Shown: in pieces, positions 8,531 through 18,383 of the stretch
Position numbering within the stretch: the stretch's first letter is position 1
Layout of the letters: each line of letters opens with the position of its first letter
Origin: a virus
Taxonomy: Duplodnaviria > Caudoviricetes
Length of the DNA stretch: 64,000 nt
IMG/VR virus record: IMGVR_UViG_3300020366_000001
Location: 1 to 64,000 of that record
Direction: 5' to 3' (one strand)
Notes under the pieces: generated by a model
What the model was told of the DNA's origin: nothing
The model's database searches: none
Seen by the model: only the letters and a program-made list of their open reading frames with translations
Made by a program: the position numbers and the translations under genes

Positions 8531-9330
8531 CGCTTCCAGAGAAATTCAACAGGACATTTCTTCTCTTCGTCTTTCTTGATTAGATTCCAAGACACACCTT
8601 TAACCCACTGCTTCAGGGACTGGTGTTGATTGAGACGAATCTTATGTTCACGTGGTGGTTCTGCTTCGTGATACTTGCGCAGATCATATGCATTGTTCTT
8701 ACCACCACGGAAGCGCATCACGTACAAAGGATCGCCTCTCTTGATTCTAAACTTGCTGCTGTGTGCCTTGAATGCGGCGTTAGTAGCACGTGCCCAGCGA
8801 CTGAAGGGGTACTCTACGCTAATGAACTCCAGACCCGTCTTGTGGAACATTCCAGGGTAGGCACAGAGCTCAACCCAAACGTTGCGTTGCTTATCTGGCA
8901 ACCAGAGGTACAGCAACTGGGGTAGTTGAAACACAAGGTTGCCAGTATACTTCAGACCAATCTGTTCTGAACTCCAGTTGATACCATCACCACGAATCTT
9001 ACCTTCGTTGATCATCATATAGTCTTGGAACCTAGAAGGTCTAAAACTAGAACTAGTGATGCAACCTGTTGCCTTATCATACTCAACCTCATAATCCAAC
9101 TGGTTGAATACTACCCAACTATTTGCCCAGTAACTCTTCCAAGCAGGACACTCCCAATAACTGTGACCTTTATGCGACTCTTCTTCATACTCCAGTACAC
9201 GCTTAGGAGGAATGAAAGCGTGCTCACTATGAATAGGATGGTCCCAGATACTAGTATTACTATTGGGAGGTTGCTCTACAAACCCAGAAGGAAGGTGGTA
9301 GATAGGGGAATAAAAAATCTTAGTTGCCAT
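8527..9330 (-). CDS. Hypothetical protein, paralogue 2 (possibly DUF6065/dUTPase-like fold)
   Basis: Same motifs as 7730..8530; C-terminal KCPV. Confidence 0.8.
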   Translation of the reverse strand: MATKIFYSPIYHLPSGFVEQPPNSNTSIWDHPIHSEHAFIPPKRVLEYEEESHKGHSYWECPAWKSYWANSWVVFNQLDYEVEYDKATGCITSSSFRPSRFQDYMMINEGKIRGDGINWSSEQIGLKYTGNLVFQLPQLLYLWLPDKQRNVWVELCAYPGMFHKTGLEFISVEYPFSRWARATNAAFKAHSSKFRIKRGDPLYVMRFRGGKNNAYDLRKYHEAEPPREHKIRLNQHQSLKQWVKGVSWNLIKKDEEKKCPVEFLWKR

Positions 9331-9878
9331 TACGAACGAGCGGAACCAAATTGTCTAACATCAATATCACCAGTGCACTTCTCATATTTCAGTGCATAGG
9401 TATATCTAATTTGATCTGTAAATGCTGTAGCAGTATGCCAGATCGTACCATCAAAACAGATTGCTCTGTTAGGCATAGGGAAATGTCCAATGGTGTGATC
9501 TGTTTTCCAGAAATGGGTGAACCCACCATCGTTTCTATCCCAATCCAAATGAGGATAGTATAAAACTGTATACGATTCTAACCCCTCAATGGGGTGTGCG
9601 TCAATATGCCAGCGAGGACATTCGTGTGGCCAGAACACATTGACATACATTCTTACCAGATCAAACCCAGGATCATTCAGTTGATCAAATCGATCTCTAG
9701 CAACCTTATCGAAGTATTGAAAGATCTGATCTTCCTTTTTAATATGGATCGATGACCCTGCTGGTTTCTCAGGCAGATCATCATACTCTCCCCAGCGTGC
9801 AGGTGCATTCTTTACAAACCCAAACGCTTTAAGATGTTTATCCCTAGGTAGGAAATTATCAACAACTTCTAAATTCAT
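9330..9878 (-). CDS. 2OG-Fe(II) oxygenase (prolyl-hydroxylase-like)
   Basis: WHID, W....GG.T.F, PNRAICFDG.IWH, RYT. Confidence 0.85.
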   Translation of the reverse strand: MNLEVVDNFLPRDKHLKAFGFVKNAPARWGEYDDLPEKPAGSSIHIKKEDQIFQYFDKVARDRFDQLNDPGFDLVRMYVNVFWPHECPRWHIDAHPIEGLESYTVLYYPHLDWDRNDGGFTHFWKTDHTIGHFPMPNRAICFDGTIWHTATAFTDQIRYTYALKYEKCTGDIDVRQFGSARS

Positions 9879-10309
9879 TCCAACTCAAGTAAGATTTCAT
9901 ATAGATGCATAACATTTCGGAAGACAATATCCTCCTCGTCTGTATGTTGCTCCAGACCATTTATATAGTCTAACCAACGAAGAGATGTTTTAAGTGGTTC
10001 GTCATATGCCAGACCACCTAGAATACCAAAAGGTCTAGCATTTTCCTGAGAGTATTCCCAAACTATTTCTTCTGCTTGCTCTCCAATGTTTTTAATTACT
10101 GTCTCTCTACTGAGATTTAGTTTACCCTTGAGTGAGAAGAACTCAGTACCGTAAATAGCGTGAAACAGACCAGCAACTTGTTCGTGCTCTGGTCTGTTAT
10201 GTTTAGCGAGAAGTTGTTGGACACCTACAAGGTGATCGTAAAGTGTCCTGGTGTCGTGAGGAATCTGTTTAGTTCCTATCTTATCTAGAAAATCGTAGTA
10301 CTTTTGCAT
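9875..10309 (-). CDS. HD-like domain protein (DUF6817-like)
   Basis: PH..RTLYDHLVGV...AGLFHAIYGTE; start reassigned to MQKYY because the longer ORF overlaps the tRNA. Confidence 0.7.
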   Translation of the reverse strand: MQKYYDFLDKIGTKQIPHDTRTLYDHLVGVQQLLAKHNRPEHEQVAGLFHAIYGTEFFSLKGKLNLSRETVIKNIGEQAEEIVWEYSQENARPFGILGGLAYDEPLKTSLRWLDYINGLEQHTDEEDIVFRNVMHLYEILLELE

Positions 10310-10311
10310 AA

Positions 10312-10384
10312 CGGGTGTGGTTGGGGTCGAACCAACGACCGACGGTTTAGAAGACCGTTGCTCTATCCACTGAGCTACACACCC
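10312..10384 (-). tRNA. tRNA-Arg (anticodon UCU)
   Basis: GGGTGTG/CACACCC acceptor stem, D arm GCTC/GAGC, anticodon arm ACGGT-CTTCTAA-ACCGT, T loop GGTTCGACCC; no encoded CCA. Confidence 0.96.
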
Positions 10385-10389
10385 AGAGG

Positions 10390-10563
10390 TCAAAGAACTG
10401 GCATAGTCATAATAGACAGGTTAGGTGCCTCATCATCGAAGTCCAACCATTCACCAAACTCTTCCATCACGGCGATACAGGAGGCAGCATCATTGTTCTC
10501 TGTGTGCCAATGCAGCAGATCGATCACATACTCATTGATCTCCTGAATCATTTCTGCTTCCAT
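10390..10563 (-). CDS. Small acidic hypothetical protein
   Basis: ORF downstream of an internal promoter. Confidence 0.6.
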   Translation of the reverse strand: MEAEMIQEINEYVIDLLHWHTENNDAASCIAVMEEFGEWLDFDDEAPNLSIMTMPVL

Positions 10564-10981
10564 AGTCTTTGCGGTAGTACCTGCCGAGGATATTGCTATT
10601 ATAGTACGCAGGCACACCGTCTGTCAAGGATTCTTCCAAGACATTGTTGAGGAATAACTGTCGGGTCTCTTCATAGTTAACCCTCCCTTTGGTAGGGTGG
10701 ACGGAGAGTATTTCACGCCTGAATAGGGTATCACATCTAGCCGCACGACGCTCTTCATTAAGTTCGTCAGAACTTCCGTAGTATTTTTTCCAGTTGCTTT
10801 CACTTTTAACTCGCCTACCTCCACCTCTAGGTTTTCGTAGTTGCCAAAAGTATTTTCTACCGATGTACTGCCGCCCATTGAGGAGATTTGTAATGCGATA
10901 GACGAAACCGAAACTACCGTTAATGTCCTCAGATAGAAAAGGGTGTTCGTTAAAAATCCAGGGGTTTTCATAGTCAACCAC
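10532..10981 (-). CDS. GIY-YIG nuclease-domain protein
   Basis: GFVYRITN..NGRQYIGRK, YYGSS, YYNSNI. Confidence 0.85.
   Translation of the reverse strand: MVDYENPWIFNEHPFLSEDINGSFGFVYRITNLLNGRQYIGRKYFWQLRKPRGGGRRVKSESNWKKYYGSSDELNEERRAARCDTLFRREILSVHPTKGRVNYEETRQLFLNNVLEESLTDGVPAYYNSNILGRYYRKDYGSRNDSGDQ
10598..10627 (-). promoter_or_regulatory. Sigma70-like promoter inside the GIY-YIG gene, upstream of the tRNA
   Basis: TTGACA-N18-TATAAT. Confidence 0.7.
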
Positions 10982-11013
10982 TTAGACATAATTAAAATTC
11001 TTCCTTATTTAGA

Positions 11014-11202
11014 TTAGAAATGTGAATGGTCTCTTGAGTACTTAAACTTCATTGCTGCAAGGAACCAAGCGTCGGTGAGACTCTTGGGACCCTGCATCAA
11101 TACTTCCAATTGTCGTTTTCGCAATGAAGGATCTGCCAACGCTCGCCTCTTCCACTCAGGCAGCTGCGGTTCTGGTTTGATCTCTTCAAAGCGATTAGTC
11201 AT
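11014..11202 (-). CDS. Hypothetical protein
   Basis: ORF overlapping the nrdB stop. Confidence 0.65.
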   Translation of the reverse strand: MTNRFEEIKPEPQLPEWKRRALADPSLRKRQLEVLMQGPKSLTDAWFLAAMKFKYSRDHSHF

Positions 11203-12359
11203 AATTGGAATCCTTTAAATGTGTCCTTTTCTACGTCTTGTTTAATACCACCCACCAGATATGATTCCACTTCAGTTTCTTGAGGTGCAACCTGCATACC
11301 TTTAGATGCAATCCAGTGCTGGGTCCAAGGAAGAGGATTATTTTTGAGTGGTTGATCGTAGATAGGATTGAGACCAATCGCTTTCATACGCTTGTTTGCA
11401 ATCCACTCAACGTATTGTGCGAGAAGACGATCGTTAAGACCGAGGATAGATCCGTCCTTAAACAGATACTTCGCCCATTCTTTTTCTTCTTCTACACACT
11501 GTTTGAACATCTGATAGACGTTCTCTTCTTCTTCCTGTGCTATCTCTTGAATCTCCTCGTCGTCTCCCTGCTGCCACTTCTTGATAATGTTCTGAGTGAG
11601 GACAAGATGCTGATTTTCGTCTCTGGCGATGAGAGAGATAATTTTAGCGGATCCTTCCATAAGCTTGAGTTCAGCAAATGCGAAAGAGCACGCGAACGAT
11701 ACATAAAATCTAATCCCTTCCAGGATGTTGACATTAACAATAGCCCGATAGAGTTTACGTTTTACATCGCGGAGGGTCCACTGCGAGGTAGGAGAGTCTC
11801 GCCAGTCTTCCTTCCACAGATTACCGTTGCCATATTCTTGAGCAACGGTGATGAAGTCATCATAAGCCTTCGTGACCGATTTTGCACGGTCTAGAATCTT
11901 AGGATTATCTGTAATATGATCCAGGACTTCAGCAGGATCAGCATATACATTCTTAATGATGTGAGTATAGGAGCGACTATGGATGTTTTCCATAAACTCC
12001 CACACACTCATTGCAGACTCAAGTTCAGGAAGTGAGCAGTATGGACCAAAAGCCATCCCAGGACCCCTGCCTTGTACAGAATCCAAGAGGATCTGGTACT
12101 TAAGATTGGAGGTAAAGATGTGCTTTTGTACATCATTGAGTGTCTGATAATCAGACCTGTCTTTTTGGAGAGAAACTTCCTCAGGTCTCCAGAAGTAGGA
12201 GAGTTGTTGCTGAGTAAGTTTTTCAAAGACGGGATACTTTTGTTTGTCGTAACGTTGGACCCCAAGAGGGGGTCCAAAGAACATCTTTTGTTTTGTATGA
12301 TCAACTCTATTTGAATTAAAAACCGTCATTCCTTCAACTTCAGATCGTGCAACTGTCAC
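11199..12359 (-). CDS. nrdB: Ribonucleotide reductase class Ia beta subunit
   Basis: FWRPEE, ENIHSRSYTH, EGIRFYVSF, RDENQH, VAPQETE. Confidence 0.98.
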   Translation of the reverse strand: MTVARSEVEGMTVFNSNRVDHTKQKMFFGPPLGVQRYDKQKYPVFEKLTQQQLSYFWRPEEVSLQKDRSDYQTLNDVQKHIFTSNLKYQILLDSVQGRGPGMAFGPYCSLPELESAMSVWEFMENIHSRSYTHIIKNVYADPAEVLDHITDNPKILDRAKSVTKAYDDFITVAQEYGNGNLWKEDWRDSPTSQWTLRDVKRKLYRAIVNVNILEGIRFYVSFACSFAFAELKLMEGSAKIISLIARDENQHLVLTQNIIKKWQQGDDEEIQEIAQEEEENVYQMFKQCVEEEKEWAKYLFKDGSILGLNDRLLAQYVEWIANKRMKAIGLNPIYDQPLKNNPLPWTQHWIASKGMQVAPQETEVESYLVGGIKQDVEKDTFKGFQL

Positions 12360-14661
12360 AGGGTTCGTCTCCTTCGGTAGCGTAGATTTGTTCTAACAGA
12401 TCAACATCTCGTTTCACCTCTTCGACATCATCATCACTCTTATTGTCATAAGTGTTTTGATAATATGATGTCTTCCAACCATACTTATAGGTCTTCAGTA
12501 AGTCTTGCGCCATCACTGACACAGGAACTTCATTGTTGGGGTAATTGAGAGGATTGTATGACCAATTACCACTGATCGCCTGGTCGAAGAACTTCTGTAA
12601 AATAGCCACGACCTTAATGTAACCATCATTATCAGGCATATCCCAGAGCAGCGTGTAATCTCCCTTATGTTTTTGATATTGAGGGACAATCTGCTTGAGA
12701 ACACCCTTCTTACTCTTCTTAATTGACAGGAAGTCACGAGGAGGTTCAATACCATTCGTAGTTCCACATACAATACTAGAAGATTCGGAAGGCATTTGTG
12801 CAGTCAAGGTAGAATTACGGAGTCCGTAGTTCCAAATCTCTTCCGCCAACTCTTCCCAAGGCATTGTGTACTCGAACTTCTGGTTCTTATCATCAACACA
12901 GAACTCATCAATGTCTGTCTTGTAATGATCAATAGGCATTTGCTTCGATGCATACTTAAGATGATCGAATGCAACGCAAGCACCATACTCTTTAGCAAGT
13001 TGGTTAGAAGATTTCAGCAAATAGAACTGGAACTTCTCTGCCAATAGGTGTACTGCCTTGTGTGCCTGCCAACTATCGTATTTGAATCCGAGTTTGGCAA
13101 GGTAATGTGCCAGTCCGATGAATCCAATGCCGAGTGAACGACGGGATCGGGTGGCATTTGCTGCTGCGGGAACAGGATATTCTTGATAATCAATCAGAAT
13201 ATCCAGAGCACGTACAGAAAGATCACAGAGTTTTTCTAGATGATCCCAAGACTTCAGTTTACTGAGGTTGACAGCAGAGAGAATGCAGAGTGCAATCTCA
13301 CCACTACCATCAATATGCTGAAGAGGATCTGTCGGGAGTGTAATCTCCTGACACAGGTTAGACATTTTAATCGGCACGTGGAACGAACTGTGATCGTTAC
13401 AGTGATCGATATTCATAATATAGATACGACCAGTCTCTGCTCTCTCCTTCAGGAGATCAAGGATCAGGTCTTGTGCCTTAACAACTTTCTTATCGAGGTC
13501 AGGATTCTTCTCTGCCTCTAGATACAAGTTGTCAAAGGAAGGTCCACCAAACTCTTCATACAGTTCGGGCACTTCGTGTGGCGAGAAGAGCGTAATATCT
13601 TCGTCATTAATAAAACGCTCATAAAAGATCTTACTTAACTGAATGGAGTAGTCAAGTTTTCTGACTCGGTTGTCCTCTGTTCCTTTGTTGTTTTTGAGGA
13701 CGAGGATGTCTTCGATCTCTTTGTGCCAGATAGGAAAGTGAACTGTAGCAGAACCACCTCGGATGCCGTTTTGTGTGCAGCATCGAACAGTTGATTCAAA
13801 CTTTTTAAGGAAGGGGACAACGCCTGTGTGTTGTACCTCTCCGCCTCTAATTTTAGAGTTGATAGCACGGATTCTGCCTGCGTTGATGCCGATACCAGCC
13901 CTTTGTGCGACATATTTACCAATAGCCATATCAGAGCTAAAGATACTATCGAGGGTGTCATCAATATCAACGAGAACACAAGATGCATATTGACGAATCG
14001 GTGTTCGCACTCCTCCCATAATGGGTGTCGGGAGGTTGAGTTGGTGCTTTGAGATTGCATCGTAGTAGTCTCGGATGTACTTGAGGCGAACCTCAGTCTT
14101 ATATGCCGAGAAGATCGTACAAGCGATCAGCATATACATCTGCTGTGGGGACTCGTAGATCTCACCAGTGCTGCGATCTTGTACCAGATACTTATCTACT
14201 ACTTGTCGCAATCCCGCGTAAGTAAACTGATCATCTCGACTATAATCTATGTAGTTATTGATCCGATCCCACTCAATATCATTGAACGTATCGATTAACG
14301 AACATTCATAAATGCCTTTCTTACAACCACCACGAAGGTGATCAAGAATATGGGGTGGTTGGCGGTTACGACCGAAGAGTTTCTTACGGATAGAAATGCT
14401 CAGCAGTCTGGCAGCAACAAACTGATAGTTTGTGTGTTCCAAATCAATCAGATCTGCTGCGGATCTAATCAAAATGTCTTGGATCTCTTGTGTTGTGATC
14501 CCATCATAAAATTGCAGGTTGGAATTCATCTCAACCTGAGAAGCAGACACACCAGAGAGACCCTGGCAGGCTTCTTCTACCATAATATGAATCTTGTTAA
14601 GGTCTAGACCTTCTTCTGATCCTCGTCGCTTAACAACTTTGATCTCTTCAGTTGCCATCAT
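12340..14661 (-). CDS. nrdA: Ribonucleotide reductase class Ia alpha subunit
   Basis: N-terminal ATP cone, SCVL, SNLCQEI, GWKTSYY, C-terminal CDSC. Confidence 0.98.
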   Translation of the reverse strand: MMATEEIKVVKRRGSEEGLDLNKIHIMVEEACQGLSGVSASQVEMNSNLQFYDGITTQEIQDILIRSAADLIDLEHTNYQFVAARLLSISIRKKLFGRNRQPPHILDHLRGGCKKGIYECSLIDTFNDIEWDRINNYIDYSRDDQFTYAGLRQVVDKYLVQDRSTGEIYESPQQMYMLIACTIFSAYKTEVRLKYIRDYYDAISKHQLNLPTPIMGGVRTPIRQYASCVLVDIDDTLDSIFSSDMAIGKYVAQRAGIGINAGRIRAINSKIRGGEVQHTGVVPFLKKFESTVRCCTQNGIRGGSATVHFPIWHKEIEDILVLKNNKGTEDNRVRKLDYSIQLSKIFYERFINDEDITLFSPHEVPELYEEFGGPSFDNLYLEAEKNPDLDKKVVKAQDLILDLLKERAETGRIYIMNIDHCNDHSSFHVPIKMSNLCQEITLPTDPLQHIDGSGEIALCILSAVNLSKLKSWDHLEKLCDLSVRALDILIDYQEYPVPAAANATRSRRSLGIGFIGLAHYLAKLGFKYDSWQAHKAVHLLAEKFQFYLLKSSNQLAKEYGACVAFDHLKYASKQMPIDHYKTDIDEFCVDDKNQKFEYTMPWEELAEEIWNYGLRNSTLTAQMPSESSSIVCGTTNGIEPPRDFLSIKKSKKGVLKQIVPQYQKHKGDYTLLWDMPDNDGYIKVVAILQKFFDQAISGNWSYNPLNYPNNEVPVSVMAQDLLKTYKYGWKTSYYQNTYDNKSDDDVEEVKRDVDLLEQIYATEGDEPCDSCTI

Positions 14662-15650
14662 ACTCGTTTCCATTCAGATAATTTTACTTGTGCTTCAAGA
14701 CCACTAAATGTATTTGATTCTATCACCTGCTGCACATTATGTCCAGCTAGAACCATATCGTTTATGTCCTTTTCCGCAATTGATCGTGGCCAGATCACTA
14801 CGGAGTTGCCTCTATCGATACTTGCGGAGATTCGATCGGTGATCTGTTTATTTCTCGGTTCATTATCATAAACATAGACAGGATTGTCAATGCTCCAACG
14901 GTCAAGATGAACGTCACTTCCACACATAGCAACCGCATTGCGAACGAACGTACTGTCGAAGGGTCCTTCCACAACGTAAACGGTTTTTGATTTGTCAATT
15001 TCATTTAATCCATATACTTTAGGTACATCATCAGACAGCATAACTGTCACATACCGAAGTTTATCCTTCGGGTTTAGAGTTCTCCCTTGATATCCAAATA
15101 GATCACCACTTTCATCTAGCAACGGGATAATAATTCTGCCCTCATCATTGTCTGTGTTTCCATATGTGGGTTTCAAAGAGTTAGTCCACTCTTTAAACCG
15201 TTCGGCGTAATAAAACCGAGACAACTGCGAGTCAGATATAGATCTCTCTGTTAGATATCTGCGGGCGGGGTGTCCTATATTTAGGTCAGAAATTTTTGGA
15301 AGAGAGACCTTTATTTTCTTTTTGAAGACAGGTTTGGTAAACGATGTAACATCGATCTCCCTCTTCCTAGTGCCTGTGGATTCCTTAAACTTCTCCATAT
15401 TATATTTTTCCCACAACACCTTGTCCTGATCCTTAAGGAAGTTGTGAAACGCCTTGGATACACCACAGTTATGGCACTTATATACCAGTCCTGTCTTGGT
15501 ATTAAAAAGGTACCCCCTTGACTTCGACTGACGCTTAGCGGAGTCGCCGCAATAGGGGCACCTAAAATTGTATAGACCAGATTTCTTAGTCGAGAAGTTC
15601 TGAAGTCTTGGGGACAGCAGCGAAACGTATTGGAGATCCAGGTAATGCAT
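14658..15650 (-). CDS. g61: DNA primase gp61
   Basis: RCPYCGDS..CHNCG Zn finger; VEGPFDS, YDNE TOPRIM, KDINDM. Confidence 0.96.
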   Translation of the reverse strand: MHYLDLQYVSLLSPRLQNFSTKKSGLYNFRCPYCGDSAKRQSKSRGYLFNTKTGLVYKCHNCGVSKAFHNFLKDQDKVLWEKYNMEKFKESTGTRKREIDVTSFTKPVFKKKIKVSLPKISDLNIGHPARRYLTERSISDSQLSRFYYAERFKEWTNSLKPTYGNTDNDEGRIIIPLLDESGDLFGYQGRTLNPKDKLRYVTVMLSDDVPKVYGLNEIDKSKTVYVVEGPFDSTFVRNAVAMCGSDVHLDRWSIDNPVYVYDNEPRNKQITDRISASIDRGNSVVIWPRSIAEKDINDMVLAGHNVQQVIESNTFSGLEAQVKLSEWKRV

Positions 15651-16038
15651 TCGCTGCGGTGCTAGGTGCTACCATTGTAGCATCTCCTGAGGTCGATATC
15701 AAGGGACGCACAAGTTTTAGCAATTCTGGTTTTGTCAACAGTAACATTGCCGCAATGACACCCAGAACCATATAGACACGTCTTTCTAAGACATCTATCT
15801 TGCCTTTAACCAATAGTATATCACGCTCACACCCCTTCTTAATCTCCTCCGTACGTTGGTGGAGATCACGATGTAGGTGATCGATCTTCGCAAAGAGAAT
15901 ATCATCTGCTTTCTCTTGCTGATCTAATTTTTCAGCGTGGACAGATAATAACTGTCCCATTTTGATACTATTATCCTGCAGAGACTGTACAACTTGTTCC
16001 AATCTCTGCAGGATTGCGGTGTTCGTATCCTGGTCCAT
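15586..16038 (-). CDS. Coiled-coil protein with one TM segment
   Basis: Heptad-rich N-terminal region, hydrophobic VYMVLGVIAAMLLL. Confidence 0.75.
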   Translation of the reverse strand: MDQDTNTAILQRLEQVVQSLQDNSIKMGQLLSVHAEKLDQQEKADDILFAKIDHLHRDLHQRTEEIKKGCERDILLVKGKIDVLERRVYMVLGVIAAMLLLTKPELLKLVRPLISTSGDATMVAPSTAANALPGSPIRFAAVPKTSELLD

Positions 16039-16054
16039 TTATTTGCCTATAGAA

Positions 16055-16738
16055 CTAGTTTCTAATGGCGAAATCAATAGCAGCGAGATAGGTTTCAGGA
16101 GAATGATTTAGCATCTGTTGGAACTTGATCTGATTGGCAGGATCAAGTGCCTGGTGGGTAGCTGCGACTCTCTTAGCAGAGAAATCATCCATCTTCATAG
16201 TCTTATCGCCCACTTGGATAGCGGCGAATCCTTGCTCATCGGCAACTCCAGATTCACCTGCTGCTAATGCCATAGCAACAGTTAAGGTGTCGGAGTTTTC
16301 ATTAACAAAATTCATATCTTCTTTCTTAAGTTTCTTCTGTTGATCAGAAGCTTTCTTTTTGAAGTCACTGAGACGTGCCTTCATCAGGGTGTCCATTTCT
16401 TTCGTCTTGGACTGCATCTTGCCTTTCGCTTCATCACGTTTCTTTTGAAGCTCCTTGGCACGCCCCATCTTCTTCTGCTGAGCGATTTGCTTTTGGGCAC
16501 GCTCAGTTTCAGTAGCGGCTTCTTTGATGGATTGGAGTTCTTCAGACATTTTCTTTTTAGTTCTATTTAATAGTACGCGAGAGACTAATTTACGACCTTG
16601 TTTTGTACGACCGTCATACTTACGGTCATTACTCTTTTTGTATTTAGTACGTGAACGCTTTCCAACGATCACGTGAGCAGGAGGCAGTGCAACTCTACTG
16701 CCATCGCCAGCGGAATTTACAGGTGCATCCTCATTCAT
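16055..16738 (-). CDS. Hypothetical Lys-rich protein, possibly virion-associated
   Basis: Long ORF in the late block; DGRTK motif, coiled coil. Confidence 0.8.
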   Translation of the reverse strand: MNEDAPVNSAGDGSRVALPPAHVIVGKRSRTKYKKSNDRKYDGRTKQGRKLVSRVLLNRTKKKMSEELQSIKEAATETERAQKQIAQQKKMGRAKELQKKRDEAKGKMQSKTKEMDTLMKARLSDFKKKASDQQKKLKKEDMNFVNENSDTLTVAMALAAGESGVADEQGFAAIQVGDKTMKMDDFSAKRVAATHQALDPANQIKFQQMLNHSPETYLAAIDFAIRN

Positions 16739-17100
16739 AATAGGTCTAGTTCTTCTAAAGTATATGTATCATAATAAGGATCGTCTAATTCATCAGGAAG
16801 ATGATTGAGATACTTAAGGAATGACTTAATTATACTCCAATATGCTGCATCAATCTTATGAAAAAGCATTGGAGTTGCAGCGTCTCCAAAGACGTTGCGT
16901 AAAATAATAATGTGATTAAGAATCAGATGAGTTTTCAATTCGCCTGTCTTATCAAATCGTTTCAGTAAACGTTTGATATATTTAAAACGTTTCAAATCCT
17001 CAAGGAAATCTTCGTATGTGATTCCTTGAGGATTGTCGTAATGTTTTGCTGCGAATACGAGGAAATTTTCATCATTTAGATAGTCAAATTCAATCCTCAT
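16735..17100 (-). CDS. Conserved T4-like phage hypothetical protein
   Basis: FLEDLKRFKYIKRLL..LILNHIIIL.NVFG motif. Confidence 0.8.
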   Translation of the reverse strand: MRIEFDYLNDENFLVFAAKHYDNPQGITYEDFLEDLKRFKYIKRLLKRFDKTGELKTHLILNHIIILRNVFGDAATPMLFHKIDAAYWSIIKSFLKYLNHLPDELDDPYYDTYTLEELDLL

Positions 17101-17105
17101 ATCTA

Positions 17106-17684
17106 TTAGGCAGTGGTGATAGCAGCGGTATCAGAGATGACTTCTGCTGCACCGTTGGTGGAGTTAATCTTCACACGGTAGGTACCAGCATTAGATGCTG
17201 CATAGGTTCCGACGGTATAAGTCGCGGAAGTTGCACCAGAGATATTGGTGTAACGGGTACCAGACTTCTTCTGCCACTGATAGGTAAGAACAGAAGCGTT
17301 GCCAGGAGGTGTACAAGCAGCAGTGACTGCCAGGTTCATCGCAGCACCCACAGCAACAGCAGCATCAGCAGGTTGCGAGCTGATAGCAATGGTTGCTGTA
17401 ACGTCTGCTGCAATAGCATCGTCTGCCTGGGTCTCAGATGCGTTAGCCTCGGGACCTTGGATGTTCACCAGGCACTCTGCCTTATGGCGAGTGTTGCCTG
17501 CTGAGTCTGTATATGTTTGGTAAGACCACCAACCAGGGGAAACCAAACCGCGTGCACGGTTAGCTGCCAAACCTGCTTCAGTGGCGTCGATGAACACAAC
17601 GGTAGCGCCGCTGGCATCAGCAGCGATTGTTTTTTCTACCGCTGCCTTCGCCGCGTTGCTATCTTCGTTTGCGTAAAGTGCCAT
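17106..17684 (-). CDS. Virion structural protein with C-terminal Ig-like domain
   Basis: I..QP....LTYQWQK...ISGATSATY..GTYRVKI Ig pattern. Confidence 0.8.
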   Translation of the reverse strand: MALYANEDSNAAKAAVEKTIAADASGATVVFIDATEAGLAANRARGLVSPGWWSYQTYTDSAGNTRHKAECLVNIQGPEANASETQADDAIAADVTATIAISSQPADAAVAVGAAMNLAVTAACTPPGNASVLTYQWQKKSGTRYTNISGATSATYTVGTYAASNAGTYRVKINSTNGAAEVISDTAAITTA

Positions 17685-17718
17685 CGTACTAAGCTTTGTT
17701 TAAAAGTATTTATTAAAA

Positions 17719-18309
17719 TCAGAGACCAGGCTGACCTTTCAGACTATCGCGGGTGATTGTGGTGTTAGGAAGACCACGCTCATCAGCGACACCAGGAACA
17801 ACGTTCTGCATCTTAATTTTGGTTTGACGCAGGTGCATACCAAATTTAGCGCGAGCGTTTTCATTATGTCTGTCAACTTCGGAAGCAGTAATGCCTTCCA
17901 ACCACTGACCAGACTTGATCACAACTTCAATAGCGCCAGCTCTTAATTGATCCTGAGCATTTTCAACGACAAGTTTTGCTGCGATCGTTGCATCAGAAGC
18001 AAAACCAGAACCATCGTGTCCAATAGGACAAGTGATCTGATACACTTCACCGTTCTTCATCGTGACGTGGAAAAGTGCACCTCTATGATCAAGGTCAGCA
18101 CCGTTCTCGTCAACCAGTTGAACGCGAGGAACAACATTTCTTGCATACTTGCCAGGATCGAGGATACGAACACGGTCCACACCACCTGCTTCCTCATAGT
18201 TACCTAAGAAATAGCGGATGCTACCGTCAGGTTGGGTGACAGGGGTGATGGTATCCTGTTCTTGCCTTTCATCAAACTGGGGTACCCAGTTATTAGGATC
18301 AACAGCCAT
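17719..18309 (-). CDS. Hypothetical late protein
   Basis: ORF downstream of TATAAATA. Confidence 0.75.
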   Translation of the reverse strand: MAVDPNNWVPQFDERQEQDTITPVTQPDGSIRYFLGNYEEAGGVDRVRILDPGKYARNVVPRVQLVDENGADLDHRGALFHVTMKNGEVYQITCPIGHDGSGFASDATIAAKLVVENAQDQLRAGAIEVVIKSGQWLEGITASEVDRHNENARAKFGMHLRQTKIKMQNVVPGVADERGLPNTTITRDSLKGQPGL

Positions 18310-18342
18310 CGCTAGTGTCTCTGTAATACTACAATCTTCTGT

Positions 18343-18350
18343 TATTTATA
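18343..18350 (-). promoter_or_regulatory. T4-type late promoter
   Basis: TATAAATA, intergenic. Confidence 0.8.
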
Positions 18351-18379
18351 AAAAAGAAAAGGGCGGATGTACCGCCCCT
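18350..18379 (-). terminator. Intrinsic terminator
   Basis: GGGCGG/CCGCCC stem plus long T tract. Confidence 0.8.
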
Positions 18380-18383
18380 TATG

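Noticed and set aside
10310-10393. N-terminal extension of the 9875..10393 ORF
   Set aside because: It is the tRNA-Arg gene read in frame
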